Below are positions 16,701-25,804 of a stretch of DNA of 64,000 nt, piece after piece. Each line of letters opens with the position of its first letter. Within the stretch, counting starts at the first letter, position 1. Source of the stretch: a virus. The stretch is taken from the IMG/VR virus record IMGVR_UViG_3300021197_001521, positions 20,236-84,235 of that record; one strand, given 5' to 3'. Under the pieces are notes generated by a model. The model did not search any database. It had not been told where the DNA came from and saw nothing but the letters and a program-made list of their open reading frames with translations. Position numbers and translations under genes: made by a program.

Positions 16701-18702
16701 TGAAGATTATAATAACTCCGCATTCAGTTGGGACAATGGAGCTCTCAGAGTTAGTTTTAATCCTATAAATAAAGAGTGGGAATACAACTACAAACCAGAA
16801 TCTGCTGGTGGTTATTTTGACGTTAATTTGTGGTCTGGTAATGCCAAGGCGCTTGGAATTTATCCCGTTGATTCGCAACCGTTTGAAGAAAAGGGTAGAA
16901 TTTCTGCCTATGTTAGATTCCCGTATAGCGAATTCTTAGATTTTTCTAATATAGAACAAGATAGTATCTCTTTTGTTGCTAGAGATAGTATTGCTGCTTC
17001 TGGTTTTAACTCGCACTATTATGATCCTGCTTTAAAAGTCAGGAATAAAAAAATAGTAAGAGGTGTAGGAGGCGTAAAAGTTAAATTAGACACAGCATTT
17101 GATGACTTATCAGATTCCTATGTTTTTGTAAAATGTGAAATTGCTGAAAGATTTTATCACACACCTAGAGTTGTTAAAAGAAGAGTAAAGGTTTTTGGCG
17201 ATAGTGTTTACTCTCCAACGCTGGAGATGCTTAAAAAACGCCCCCTCGCCAACGAATTAAACGGCATACCTTTAGGTCCGGGAGACCCAGATCTTGAATA
17301 TTTTGAGCATAGGAGAAGAAATATTCACATAACAAGAGGGGATATCGCGGGTGGTCATATAGGCAGAGAAGTTGTAATAGACGATTTTCAAAGAAGTTTT
17401 AATGGGTCAGAACCGTTTAAGCAAGAGTTTCTTGACGAAGATGGTAATAAAAAAACACAAAACGCGCTTGGTCCTGCGGAGAAGTTTTTAGTAAGAAGAG
17501 AGTTTTTAAGCACAAATCACGTTTACAGTCTCATAACACTTCCCGGAGAAGTCACAAGAAAAGAAATAGTCGGCAAGTCTAGACAAAAAAGACTCGGTGG
17601 ATCATTCATTTCTTACTCTGAATGCGCAGTGCCAAGAGAGGTGTCTGGGTTAGGTGTACATGAAGACAAAAGCATAGTGGGTGGTAAAGAAGTACTGAGT
17701 TTAGAGATAGATAAAGACACCGGAGTGCCAATTAAGTCTTTCTCAAATCCAGAGGTAAGAATTAACTTTAACTCAAAACCTCCCGTTATTCCTGATATTG
17801 CGGTTTTACCTTTAATGTCTAACGAAAGATGCTATGGACCTTGGGTATCTGCTTCTAAGATAGATAGTAGTCCAAGTAGATATTCTGACATTGGAGGAAA
17901 AGTAGAATATATAAAAGATGAAAACTTGTCACCTTGGAGTTATGGCGGATATGGCGAACTTCAACAGGCAGGCATTTTAAAAGCTCAATTTTCAAACAGT
18001 TTACTTTTATTCGCAGAGAAAGGTTCGTTCACATTCCCCGGTGCGCCAGCAGGACTTACAATAGCAACACCTCTTATGAATGCAAGAGGACCACTTGTTA
18101 CTTCTATAAATGTTAACGTAGGTGACTCCGTAAAAACTACCGTTTCTATGGATTCTTTTTCTCCTAATTTTGGAAAACTAAAAAAACAACAAGAAGAATT
18201 CATTGCAGATCTTGCAAAAGAACGAAGAAGATTGATTGACGAAAGAAATAAAAGAATAAGAAATTTGGAGAACGATACTTCAGCTAAAACTAGAGCTAGA
18301 GTCCTAAGAAAAGGAGACAAAATAAAAGTAGATGTTGGACGCAATAAACTTGAAAAACAAAGTACTGCTCAAACAATTTTGTCTGCTACTTCTGTAAAGA
18401 CCAGCGGGAATACCAATGCTTTAACAGACGACATAACTACGATTACAGATAGCACTATAGGAAATGAGGAAGACTTAACTGTTAATTATTTCAACACTGC
18501 TTCGTTGACAGACAATCAACAATTTTTAAACTACAGTGCAGGACTACATGAAAACGCCAACGAGTACAATAAAATTATTAAAAATACCGCAGTAGAAAAT
18601 TTAAATAATTTCATAGTGCCATTTGATCATCAACCAGATAATCCAAACATGGCAAATTTTGATTATATAAGTAAATATTCTATAGACAGGAGGACCAACT
18701 AG
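13744..18702 (+). CDS. Large putative tail/baseplate hub-like structural protein (1652 aa)
   Basis: Long ORF in the structural operon. The C-terminal pattern PLVTSINVNVG..VKTTVSMDSF followed by a coiled coil resembles the ends of phage tail hub proteins (inference). Confidence 0.55.
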   Translation: MEEHYGIVPPTGVYGKDWPSGITPTLPQGIHGELSKGGWSKDNEGFVQQTFLGASISNFNISAGFGSSSTTLSVSLVNDEHNKSDETGLGQGDDVYHNGREDSFIPPVVGSPVYFKFGKNHATLDQAYRRTYNLVYGTDKPTSITLEEETIKGPINSIPENYFLKEERPISQDEEEETVWEDQTPIKDPSYDFRGYNHFVFGGILANYTKDEGSSRTFSASIADPREILSNVQVILNDYQGTVFNNKNILNVYGFLEYDRSKALENQMDANAFSKNLITRDANGFLIGGLPNPLTGEPTADCYLFNPSPLRELVANDPILREIVNTDALIKNPCITGDDFSMIHNIFPVTGQGMSRRCDQGIPWYRVYQALKSMMYWTGYDLGFAPCEYTSAGFGGVVDFRGFNYVVDLSGLPLDKIPQMYFLDTDQTDLLSLIQDVCQAISHDYVVSLLPVLDSPRTRMLYQYNRSCVEEERFGDIVTGIIRVDAIDKTVQPQYGTVTKYIENLEENGALVETKNIGFETTNVTTDRFIAGHQEVSMYTFSSHKDSEFANYWDDPACWTLNDSLSDQIVPFYGFIDQNEEVVSVPKGNGPWKQIVLNAQGLDAFGVGNYYVTTELELRAAKISFENWSKFLAHYCFKYGELVKKGSADDCIKNVFDDRNVYGITYDKLFDYLVPDHLKSADANDLLKRTTSVITTPRCVWPSDRNYIFEFSDPASPCSPPYGYPLYWLRALNIGLNNAVALSVLGDFDAAIKAVAEANITIGGELDAKTSIDTVNFDFLLKGGYLNDGKLTNNEVLSYLVDLFEKRFGNRNYQNLIKDKDPDTGRAKKGAGIDAAYRRKVNIAIDIDNFAEKIRAGALKPNDQFLTGGKLKVLDNHLRFLKANGNIINKIQWLTERNEQNALKIYEFVKGVADKHLGKTYLVKMPKSSNLNYLGNKIVTETNKRYEGLGGFLDDGPYGFPPMPIEGRPYPFANQYRKTPKQIYLDEDYNNSAFSWDNGALRVSFNPINKEWEYNYKPESAGGYFDVNLWSGNAKALGIYPVDSQPFEEKGRISAYVRFPYSEFLDFSNIEQDSISFVARDSIAASGFNSHYYDPALKVRNKKIVRGVGGVKVKLDTAFDDLSDSYVFVKCEIAERFYHTPRVVKRRVKVFGDSVYSPTLEMLKKRPLANELNGIPLGPGDPDLEYFEHRRRNIHITRGDIAGGHIGREVVIDDFQRSFNGSEPFKQEFLDEDGNKKTQNALGPAEKFLVRREFLSTNHVYSLITLPGEVTRKEIVGKSRQKRLGGSFISYSECAVPREVSGLGVHEDKSIVGGKEVLSLEIDKDTGVPIKSFSNPEVRINFNSKPPVIPDIAVLPLMSNERCYGPWVSASKIDSSPSRYSDIGGKVEYIKDENLSPWSYGGYGELQQAGILKAQFSNSLLLFAEKGSFTFPGAPAGLTIATPLMNARGPLVTSINVNVGDSVKTTVSMDSFSPNFGKLKKQQEEFIADLAKERRRLIDERNKRIRNLENDTSAKTRARVLRKGDKIKVDVGRNKLEKQSTAQTILSATSVKTSGNTNALTDDITTITDSTIGNEEDLTVNYFNTASLTDNQQFLNYSAGLHENANEYNKIIKNTAVENLNNFIVPFDHQPDNPNMANFDYISKYSIDRRTN

Positions 18703-18703
18703 G

Positions 18704-21700
18704 ATGTCAGGATTTAACACAGAACCAGTACTTAAAGGTATACAAGGCACTAGACCTATAACGCCTGCGCATATATTTACTTCTGAATCTCCACTGATGG
18801 AAAGTTGGGGATTATGTTCGTTTACTAAAGATAATCTTGATTTTATCAGTAACTACGGTAATTTTCAGAAAATTTTTAATAAGGGGACAGTAGGAGATGT
18901 GCAAACAAATGTTACCTATAACTCTATCATTGATGACAACAAAGAAGAATACATAAATATTACCGTATGGAGAAACAAGGGTAGGAACGGCGAGTATATA
19001 AAATATGACAAACTAAGCGATTGGCAGTTTGAAGATACAGAGGGTGTTATTGGAGCAAAAGGCGCAATATACAAAGAGAAAGATCTAGAACTGGATGATT
19101 TTATAACAGAAGATGAAGAAGATGGAAGTACTCCAGCTATCAGGTCTAAAATATTTGCCCATATACTCATTGCATTAAACGCGCATATAAACACTCTTGA
19201 CGAAACCGAAGAGTTAGAAACTAAAGACAAGGTTAGAATTGAGTTTTTAACAGACATTATGTCCAGCAAAGAACGCTGTGTCAGTTGGAACCAAACAATT
19301 ATCTATTACGATGGAGTTGTTGTTTCCGCAGATCAACCTCCTAATCAAGACGGTTCAACTTCTAGCGGCGAGGATGAGCTGTCAGAGGGTGATTCTGAAG
19401 ATGGAAACGCCGATGAACTTGAAGACGGCGTTGGTCCCGACCAAGCGACTTCCGTGAGGGTCGAGTACACAAAAGAGCAAACTCACGAATGTGAAATAAA
19501 ACTTTATTTGTATTGCAGTAAAGATGGGGAAATTAAAGATAATAGATCAGTATGCTTAAAGAATTTAAATTTTACAAATCCCAGAAGCACATACGATTTT
19601 GGAGAGTTTCTAAAAAAAGAAGACGGCAAACTTTCTGATCTTCTTGACTCTGACAATCCTAACAATGACGTTGCTGCGCCTCTAGATTTACAGTATGTAG
19701 AATATCTTGGTAGGTGGGAGTCTGGTTCTGCTCAGATGATTGCTATGATATCAGAAGGTATCCCACCGGCAGAAACGATAGACATAGATTACATAGAGAA
19801 AAATCCTACAGAAAAACTACTAGATCATGAAACCGGTCAGCAAATTGTTTACGGTTCTGCAATTCCTATCCATATGCAAAACGGAAATCCTAAGCAGTGG
19901 TGTGCCACGTATGATAAAGTAGAAAGTATTAGGGAAACTGATGATTTTCAAAAATCTGCAATTAGAGTTCATAACTTATCTGACAAGGGGTTTGCAAGAG
20001 GTGAACTCGTAGTACTCAACCGGATAGAAGGTTTGTGGTTTCCAATTACGTCTGTTTCTTCCAGTGGTCTTGGTGGTCTTAAAAAGTTAGAACCAGCAGA
20101 TCCGCAATGGGAATTTATGTACTTGATGACTAGTGCAGACTTTCATTTCCAAACTGAGGAACACGAAAAATTAACACCGTTTGATTATGAAAAAGGGTTT
20201 TATAGAAATTATTATAAAGCTTTTAGTGACGCTAATTCAGCTATAGAAACTCAAAACCAGAACGTAAATCTTAATAGACACGCAGAATCGTTCGCAAAAT
20301 TCGCAAAGGTAAAAAATGAGTATTTCCAAATATCTTCATTTGATTTCGTTAATCCGAATTTAGGTGGACTTAGAAGTTCTACGCTAATTCAAAAAGATAC
20401 TACTCCAGTTTTAGACGAAGGTCACGCAATATCTAACACTATCTACGGAGAAGATCTAGACGGAACGACTTACGGAAATGGTGAAAAGTTAAAAACATAT
20501 CCTTTCTTTGGTTGCGTTTTTCCTGAAGGTCATTCGGCAGGTGCTTTTATAGATAAAATTCTTAATGCTGATACAAATCCAGCAGATTATGCTGATGTTA
20601 AAAACTATGGAAAACCTTATAGTGGATTTAACGCATACTCGCTAATGACAGAGGTGTATTACGGTGGCAATAAAGATCAGCTATCAGTTAATAATGATGT
20701 TAAAGCAGTCCAAGCTGGCGAAACCAAGCAGACATTAGGTCTGCTTTCCAATCTAGCAGATTCAAACTTTAAGCATGTGCCTGCCGATATTGCTACGAAT
20801 GCGGGTCCAAATGGTAGGTGGGGAAGACCTATAGAATGGGTAGGATATTTTGATTTATTGGATGGTGATATTTATCAGACCCCTAAAGAACACACTAGTT
20901 GCGACACCTTTCTTTCTAAGATACAGACTGATGACGGCAAAAGTACAGTTCCGTTAAGAGGTAGTTTTTTATATGTAAAAGGTCAAGCAGAAGATACTCC
21001 TGCAAGTGGCTATGATAATTACTGGTATGATATACAACCTCTAAATCATTATAGCATTCAGTTTAGACCGCTTTCCAGAGAACTTTATTCGTCTTTTGAG
21101 GGGTATGATGATAATGGCGATGGCGGTTACAACTGGACTGCAAAAGGATTGAAAAATGATGGTGTAGGAAGAGGTGACGTTTCTTACAGAATATATCAAG
21201 CTATAGAAGGTTTTATAGGTCCACTGTCTAAAACTTCTTGGCACAGAAATCTTGCTCACTTGCAAAATAACTTTATTTCAAAAAGTACACCTGATGGTCT
21301 TATAGGAAATTACGGTCTTAAATATTCTTCAGACTTGGTTTATAATACGCCATTTGGATCAGATAATAGATTATTTAATCTTCCTGCAAACGTTGACGGC
21401 ACTGACGATGGTTATCCGTTTAAGCACTGGGATTCCGACTGGATGAAAAAAGACGGAGTAACAATGAGACCGGGAGGCGCAATTGGTATCATTGGCGCAG
21501 TAAAAACTGTACGATCAAGAGACACTATAGCATTTTCTACAGATAATACAATAGGTTTGGGCGACCATTTAGTTGTTACGACACCACTAGAGTATGGTTC
21601 TACAATGAAAAATGGCGATATCGACGATCAACTAACAACGGCTTTGTATGCTAGGGTTTACCAACACCATCCTAGACATCTTACTTGGTACGACCCAAGA

Positions 21701-23086
21701 TTTATGGTTGTTCATCACTTTAATCCGGGCGACGGAAGGACTAGTAGTACTAGAAAACACGTTAAATTTAGACTAGAGCAAGAAAATGCCAGCACATTGT
21801 TTGAAGATGGTATAGATAGGTTTAAAACACAAGAAAACGGTATGTTTAAGTATTATGCAACACATGAAAGTGGGGTTATTTTTGAAGATGAACACCCAAC
21901 TTTAACGAGTCTTACGCAAGACTACGATCCTATAGCAAGCGGATATTTTTTAGTAGATAAAATTGAATACGGGGTTGATTTTAGAATTCCTACTGATTGG
22001 ACCAAAAATAACATTCCTGTGGGCAACAAGAGGGTATTTAGTGATTCTACTACAAATTTAACCACTAAACTAAGTTCAGTAGTTGGTACTACTGTTGAAC
22101 AAATGAGAGAGGTTGATCATTGGAACGTAAACAATAACAGGCGATCTAAACTTTTGCCTTATAGTTATAGGTTTAAGACTATAGGAATAAGTAAATCAAA
22201 AGGTGTTCAATTTAGTCAAAATGACGGAAAAGTAAATCTTTCTGCTAATAACACTGCGGTTGTTAATAAAGGGTCGGGTTACAAAGTAGGAGATAAATTT
22301 GAAGTCATTGGAGGGGTTGGTTTCGCTACAGTGTTTACTGTAACAAGCGTTGGGACGGAAGAGGTTGACGGGCAAACTCTTGAGGATGTAATCACTGGTA
22401 TTTCCATAGCAGAAGATGACGAAACGGGCATGAGATACGAACCACAAGACTTCGTTGCTGTTTTAAAAGAACAAGATGGCGCTTTTGTGGAAAACGAAAT
22501 ATTATGGGATGACGATAACACACCGTCTAGTAGTCTTAGTCTTCAACCGCTTCCTGACGCTGGTGTTACGGGAACCGGTTTTGAAGCATATGTATTTTAC
22601 GGAGAAGTGGTTTTAACAACAGAATTGACAGATATAAAACCGCTAGAGGCTCTTGATAGCACTGGTCCTATTAAATTAACACCAAACATCCCCAGAAACG
22701 ACCCAAATAGAAATCAGGATCAAATCATTACACCGGTAGGAAACAGTTATCAAATATTGAATACGCATTTTGATCATAAATATGACATATTCTTGAGATA
22801 TCATAATGATATATCTCACGTTGCTATGAATGACGTAAATCCACCAAATGCTTCAGAACAGCAAGTAACCCTAACGGTTGGTGTAAATCTTGGTCAAGCT
22901 CCTACTTCAAGTGCTTCTGACCAACTTGGTATGTCGTTTGACTCAAGTGATAATGCTGCTGGAGGTCTACTGGGAGATATGGGTAACGACCCATTCTCCG
23001 ATTTTGACGGAGACTCAGCGGCAGACGGCGCTGGATCATTCCTCGGATTTGGCGGTGGAGTTGGAGGTAACTCCGCTTTTAGATAA
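18704..23086 (+). CDS. Large putative tail/baseplate structural protein (1460 aa)
   Basis: Contains NKGSGYKVGD...TVTSV...ITGISI, a GSGY-type beta repeat common in large-phage tail/baseplate proteins; acidic linker; G/D/F-rich C-terminal tail. Confidence 0.55.
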   Translation: MSGFNTEPVLKGIQGTRPITPAHIFTSESPLMESWGLCSFTKDNLDFISNYGNFQKIFNKGTVGDVQTNVTYNSIIDDNKEEYINITVWRNKGRNGEYIKYDKLSDWQFEDTEGVIGAKGAIYKEKDLELDDFITEDEEDGSTPAIRSKIFAHILIALNAHINTLDETEELETKDKVRIEFLTDIMSSKERCVSWNQTIIYYDGVVVSADQPPNQDGSTSSGEDELSEGDSEDGNADELEDGVGPDQATSVRVEYTKEQTHECEIKLYLYCSKDGEIKDNRSVCLKNLNFTNPRSTYDFGEFLKKEDGKLSDLLDSDNPNNDVAAPLDLQYVEYLGRWESGSAQMIAMISEGIPPAETIDIDYIEKNPTEKLLDHETGQQIVYGSAIPIHMQNGNPKQWCATYDKVESIRETDDFQKSAIRVHNLSDKGFARGELVVLNRIEGLWFPITSVSSSGLGGLKKLEPADPQWEFMYLMTSADFHFQTEEHEKLTPFDYEKGFYRNYYKAFSDANSAIETQNQNVNLNRHAESFAKFAKVKNEYFQISSFDFVNPNLGGLRSSTLIQKDTTPVLDEGHAISNTIYGEDLDGTTYGNGEKLKTYPFFGCVFPEGHSAGAFIDKILNADTNPADYADVKNYGKPYSGFNAYSLMTEVYYGGNKDQLSVNNDVKAVQAGETKQTLGLLSNLADSNFKHVPADIATNAGPNGRWGRPIEWVGYFDLLDGDIYQTPKEHTSCDTFLSKIQTDDGKSTVPLRGSFLYVKGQAEDTPASGYDNYWYDIQPLNHYSIQFRPLSRELYSSFEGYDDNGDGGYNWTAKGLKNDGVGRGDVSYRIYQAIEGFIGPLSKTSWHRNLAHLQNNFISKSTPDGLIGNYGLKYSSDLVYNTPFGSDNRLFNLPANVDGTDDGYPFKHWDSDWMKKDGVTMRPGGAIGIIGAVKTVRSRDTIAFSTDNTIGLGDHLVVTTPLEYGSTMKNGDIDDQLTTALYARVYQHHPRHLTWYDPRFMVVHHFNPGDGRTSSTRKHVKFRLEQENASTLFEDGIDRFKTQENGMFKYYATHESGVIFEDEHPTLTSLTQDYDPIASGYFLVDKIEYGVDFRIPTDWTKNNIPVGNKRVFSDSTTNLTTKLSSVVGTTVEQMREVDHWNVNNNRRSKLLPYSYRFKTIGISKSKGVQFSQNDGKVNLSANNTAVVNKGSGYKVGDKFEVIGGVGFATVFTVTSVGTEEVDGQTLEDVITGISIAEDDETGMRYEPQDFVAVLKEQDGAFVENEILWDDDNTPSSSLSLQPLPDAGVTGTGFEAYVFYGEVVLTTELTDIKPLEALDSTGPIKLTPNIPRNDPNRNQDQIITPVGNSYQILNTHFDHKYDIFLRYHNDISHVAMNDVNPPNASEQQVTLTVGVNLGQAPTSSASDQLGMSFDSSDNAAGGLLGDMGNDPFSDFDGDSAADGAGSFLGFGGGVGGNSAFR

Positions 23087-23098
23087 AATAACTTTTTC

Positions 23099-23108
23099 GT
23101 GTATAATA
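23099..23108 (+). promoter_or_regulatory. Candidate phage late promoter GTGTATAATA
   Basis: Lies in the intergenic gap 30 nt before the 23139 ATG, followed by RBS CAGGAG; contains TATAAT, with only a weak -35 (TTAGAT). Confidence 0.55.
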
Positions 23109-23138
23109 TAACAGATATTCTTCACAGGAGATAAAACA

Positions 23139-23873
23139 ATGGCGACTATAACATTTCATTCTAATAATTTTGCAGGAAACGCATTAGATCTAATTGACCA
23201 TAATGCCGGTTCAGGTATTGGGTTTTTTGGGGATAGTATCGGTCTTTCTGTGCCAATTACTACGTATCAAAACAGTACATATGTCACTAATTCCAACGGA
23301 ACTAGTACAGATGGTCAAAAATTGAGCAACACAAAGTACGCCAGCACTAGTGGTGCATTCCACAATAACAGTGCTACAGAATCAGATCTTAGAGCAATGC
23401 CTAACTATTGGGCTCCTCTTAATGTGAGATTTACTCATACTGATGCCGTTGCTACTCAGAATGCTCAAATGAGAATATTTAACAGGTCCGACATTGATGT
23501 TCATGCTACAGATGTTGTGACCAAGGTTTACGAGGTTCGTCACCCAAATCCAGACGATGGTCATGATACAGCAGGTTCTACCTATGCGCTAGACCATAGA
23601 GGAGTCGATTTTGGTGCTAGTGCGCATACTTGGAAGGAATTTGACCCCGCAGATTCAATGTCTGCTCTGGTTTGCACTTCAAGTCCCGGTCCTAGTGGAA
23701 ATAATGGCAACAGTACAGATGCCGGTAGAACCAAAGGCAACAACTGGACAAGCACCTCTGGAACAGCACTTAGAAGTATGCAGCACGATTGGTATCTAGC
23801 ACTTAGTGCTAGTCCTGTGACAATTGGAAGTAAAACAGACTTTGGTCTTTATTTTACTCTAGAATATCTATAA
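23139..23873 (+). CDS. Putative virion protein (244 aa)
   Basis: Strong RBS (AGGAG); own promoter candidate; S/T/G/N-rich beta composition; last gene of the + arm. Confidence 0.6.
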   Translation: MATITFHSNNFAGNALDLIDHNAGSGIGFFGDSIGLSVPITTYQNSTYVTNSNGTSTDGQKLSNTKYASTSGAFHNNSATESDLRAMPNYWAPLNVRFTHTDAVATQNAQMRIFNRSDIDVHATDVVTKVYEVRHPNPDDGHDTAGSTYALDHRGVDFGASAHTWKEFDPADSMSALVCTSSPGPSGNNGNSTDAGRTKGNNWTSTSGTALRSMQHDWYLALSASPVTIGSKTDFGLYFTLEYL

Positions 23874-23900
23874 AAAAGAGTCGCCTTTCGACGACTCTCT
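23872..23900 (-). terminator. Rho-independent terminator for the - strand arm
   Basis: On the - strand: AGAGTCGTC-GAAA-GGCGACTCT followed by TTTTT (9-bp stem with one G-U pair, GNRA loop, U tract). Confidence 0.85.
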
Positions 23901-23904
23901 AACT

Positions 23905-23936
23905 AGGTCAGTAGTGGTGTGCTACTGGCCTTTATT
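23905..23936 (+). terminator. Probable terminator hairpin for the + strand arm
   Basis: AGGTCAGTAGT-GGTGT-GCTACTGGCCT followed by TTATT. The two non-Watson-Crick pairs are G-U only on the + strand. Confidence 0.6.
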
Positions 23937-24267
23937 CATTTTGACCTGTCTTGGCATTCCACTTGACCCAACCACGGTCAGGCAACCAGTTGCCGTCTGC
24001 GTCCTTGCGTTTCGGAAATAGGGTTCCACCCTTCTTGTTTACTCCAAACGCCAGACGAGCGCCACAGTCTGCGCATCTAAGTTCGTAATATTCGTTTTCG
24101 TCTACGGTTCTTACCACAAACTTAACATTATCACTTCCGCATTTACCGCAAACCGTTTCCTCAAAAACTTCCTGAAACTTTGCGATTTCTGCAAAGATTG
24201 ACTTTTGATCATCCCCAGTAAGCTCTACGTTAAGACGACCATTTCTTGTTTGATATACTACCTTCAT
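23932..24267 (-). CDS. Zinc-ribbon protein
   Basis: CGKC...CADC. Start moved to MKVVYQ, which gives an ATGA overlap with the upstream stop. Confidence 0.65.
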   Translation of the reverse strand: MKVVYQTRNGRLNVELTGDDQKSIFAEIAKFQEVFEETVCGKCGSDNVKFVVRTVDENEYYELRCADCGARLAFGVNKKGGTLFPKRKDADGNWLPDRGWVKWNAKTGQNE

Positions 24268-25028
24268 GCGCTTCTCCAATCTTGTTGATAACCAGTAATT
24301 GAACTAGGGATTGCCCCTTTGTTTTGTTGATATTCATTGAGTTTCTCAATAGCATCACTTGCTTGCTTTTTATCAATCTTCTTTGACACAGAGAGATTGA
24401 ATACTTCCTTAAACAATTTTGCTGGATTGATATCCAGTTGTTTAGATTTACCGTCTACGAACCGTTCTTGGTTCTCTGTCATTCTACCTGCTGATTGATA
24501 TTCTCCTTGTGTGCTTTGTATCGCGTTAGTTTGACTAATACTCTTGACAATCTCTGCCGTGTTCTTTTTAGTAATCTCTTCTGCTGCAACAACTCGCAAT
24601 CTAAGCGACTTTCTGAGAGCGCGACCTTCCGCCCTAGTTGCTGCTGTAGCAGTGTTAAAAGCGCAAAATGTGTCGTCTGTGTTGCCTTCCCAGCAATCAG
24701 CAACGTCACTAAAAGTAGAACCGTTCTCGAATACAATTTCCCAGATAACTGTAGCTCTACCTACACCATTATCATCTTGAGGTGGAAACACTTTTACAGG
24801 GCGACTTACCATAATGTTACCAAATAACAACTCTGCAACACGACGAAGACCGTGACAAAGTGGGCGACCGTCATACATCTCTGACTTATCAAACAGACTT
24901 AGAACATAATCGTTCCATTCTGGATCAGTAGTTTTTGGTCTATCTTCTTGAATAACATCTACAACGCCAGTGTCGGTATTGGAAGGCGTAGCGAGTTCAA
25001 CATTTTCAAACAAATCATTATTACTCAT
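24264..25028 (-). CDS. Putative Rad52/Sak-like single-strand annealing protein
   Basis: GLRRVAELLFG...ATVIWEIVF...ATAATRAEGRALRKSL, plus a C-terminal MTENQ..F...ASDAIEKL helical module, as in phage SSAPs. Confidence 0.45.
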   Translation of the reverse strand: MSNNDLFENVELATPSNTDTGVVDVIQEDRPKTTDPEWNDYVLSLFDKSEMYDGRPLCHGLRRVAELLFGNIMVSRPVKVFPPQDDNGVGRATVIWEIVFENGSTFSDVADCWEGNTDDTFCAFNTATAATRAEGRALRKSLRLRVVAAEEITKKNTAEIVKSISQTNAIQSTQGEYQSAGRMTENQERFVDGKSKQLDINPAKLFKEVFNLSVSKKIDKKQASDAIEKLNEYQQNKGAIPSSITGYQQDWRSA

Positions 25029-25804
25029 AATTCAACCTCTATAAATCTTTTAGTCTTTGGTGGAAATTCTACCTTAATTCTGCTTAAAATGGATATAATA
25101 TCAGATGCTAGTTTCTCCTTCTTGTTTAAATTAAGTGAATTCATTGCCTTCACTCTTATTATAGCATACCCTCTACTTAAAATCAACCCACTTTTATGTA
25201 AATCTGCTTTTATTTGTTTTTGAAGTTTCTCTTCACCCCAAATAGGTAAAAAGTGCGAAGGTCCGTCTACCTCAATAATAGTTTTTAATTCTGGCAAGTA
25301 TATGTCGATCTCTAGTTTCTCTGTAGGAATTAGGGTTTTATTATGGAAATCTACCTTGTGACCCTCTTCCCTCAATTTTTCTACTACAAACTTTTCTAGT
25401 TTTGATCCTTCTTTTCCTGCTTTTCTAATTGCTTCTATTGCAAGTTTTGACATTCTGTCTTTTTGCTCTAGATCCATTTCTTGCCATCGCTTTTTTGCCT
25501 GATCTATTCTATGCTCTCGCTGCTCTTTAGACATATCTCCCCAGTGAGTAACCATACCCTTGCTTATATTTAATTTCTCTTGGTCAGACCTTTTTTTACC
25601 CGCAGTGGGATGATAGCTTCTGCCGTTTTTGAGTGCGTTCTTTTGTGCTTCACTTTTGGTTTTTAATTCAAACCCATGCTTAATCAAAGTTCTACGAACC
25701 TTGTTTGGATATGTGTCTAGATGTTTTGCAATCTCATATGTACTCTTATCTTCTTCAGTGTACATCTCGATTACTTTTTGGTCAAACTGCTTGGTTTTGT
25801 TCAT
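25025..25804 (-). CDS. Homing-endonuclease-like protein: HTH + NUMOD3-like helices + Vsr/DUF559-type nuclease
   Basis: STYEIAKHLDTYPNKVRRTL (HTH); GKKRSDQEKLNISKG (NUMOD3-like); SKLE...EIDIYLPELKTIIEVDGPSH. Confidence 0.7.
   Translation of the reverse strand: MNKTKQFDQKVIEMYTEEDKSTYEIAKHLDTYPNKVRRTLIKHGFELKTKSEAQKNALKNGRSYHPTAGKKRSDQEKLNISKGMVTHWGDMSKEQREHRIDQAKKRWQEMDLEQKDRMSKLAIEAIRKAGKEGSKLEKFVVEKLREEGHKVDFHNKTLIPTEKLEIDIYLPELKTIIEVDGPSHFLPIWGEEKLQKQIKADLHKSGLILSRGYAIIRVKAMNSLNLNKKEKLASDIISILSRIKVEFPPKTKRFIEVEL

Noticed and set aside
1663-22521. Many 60-150 aa antisense or alternate-frame ORFs inside the large + strand genes (and the + strand ORFs within the - arm)
   Set aside because: They are nested in long genes, have no recognisable motifs, and are consistent with shadow ORFs.
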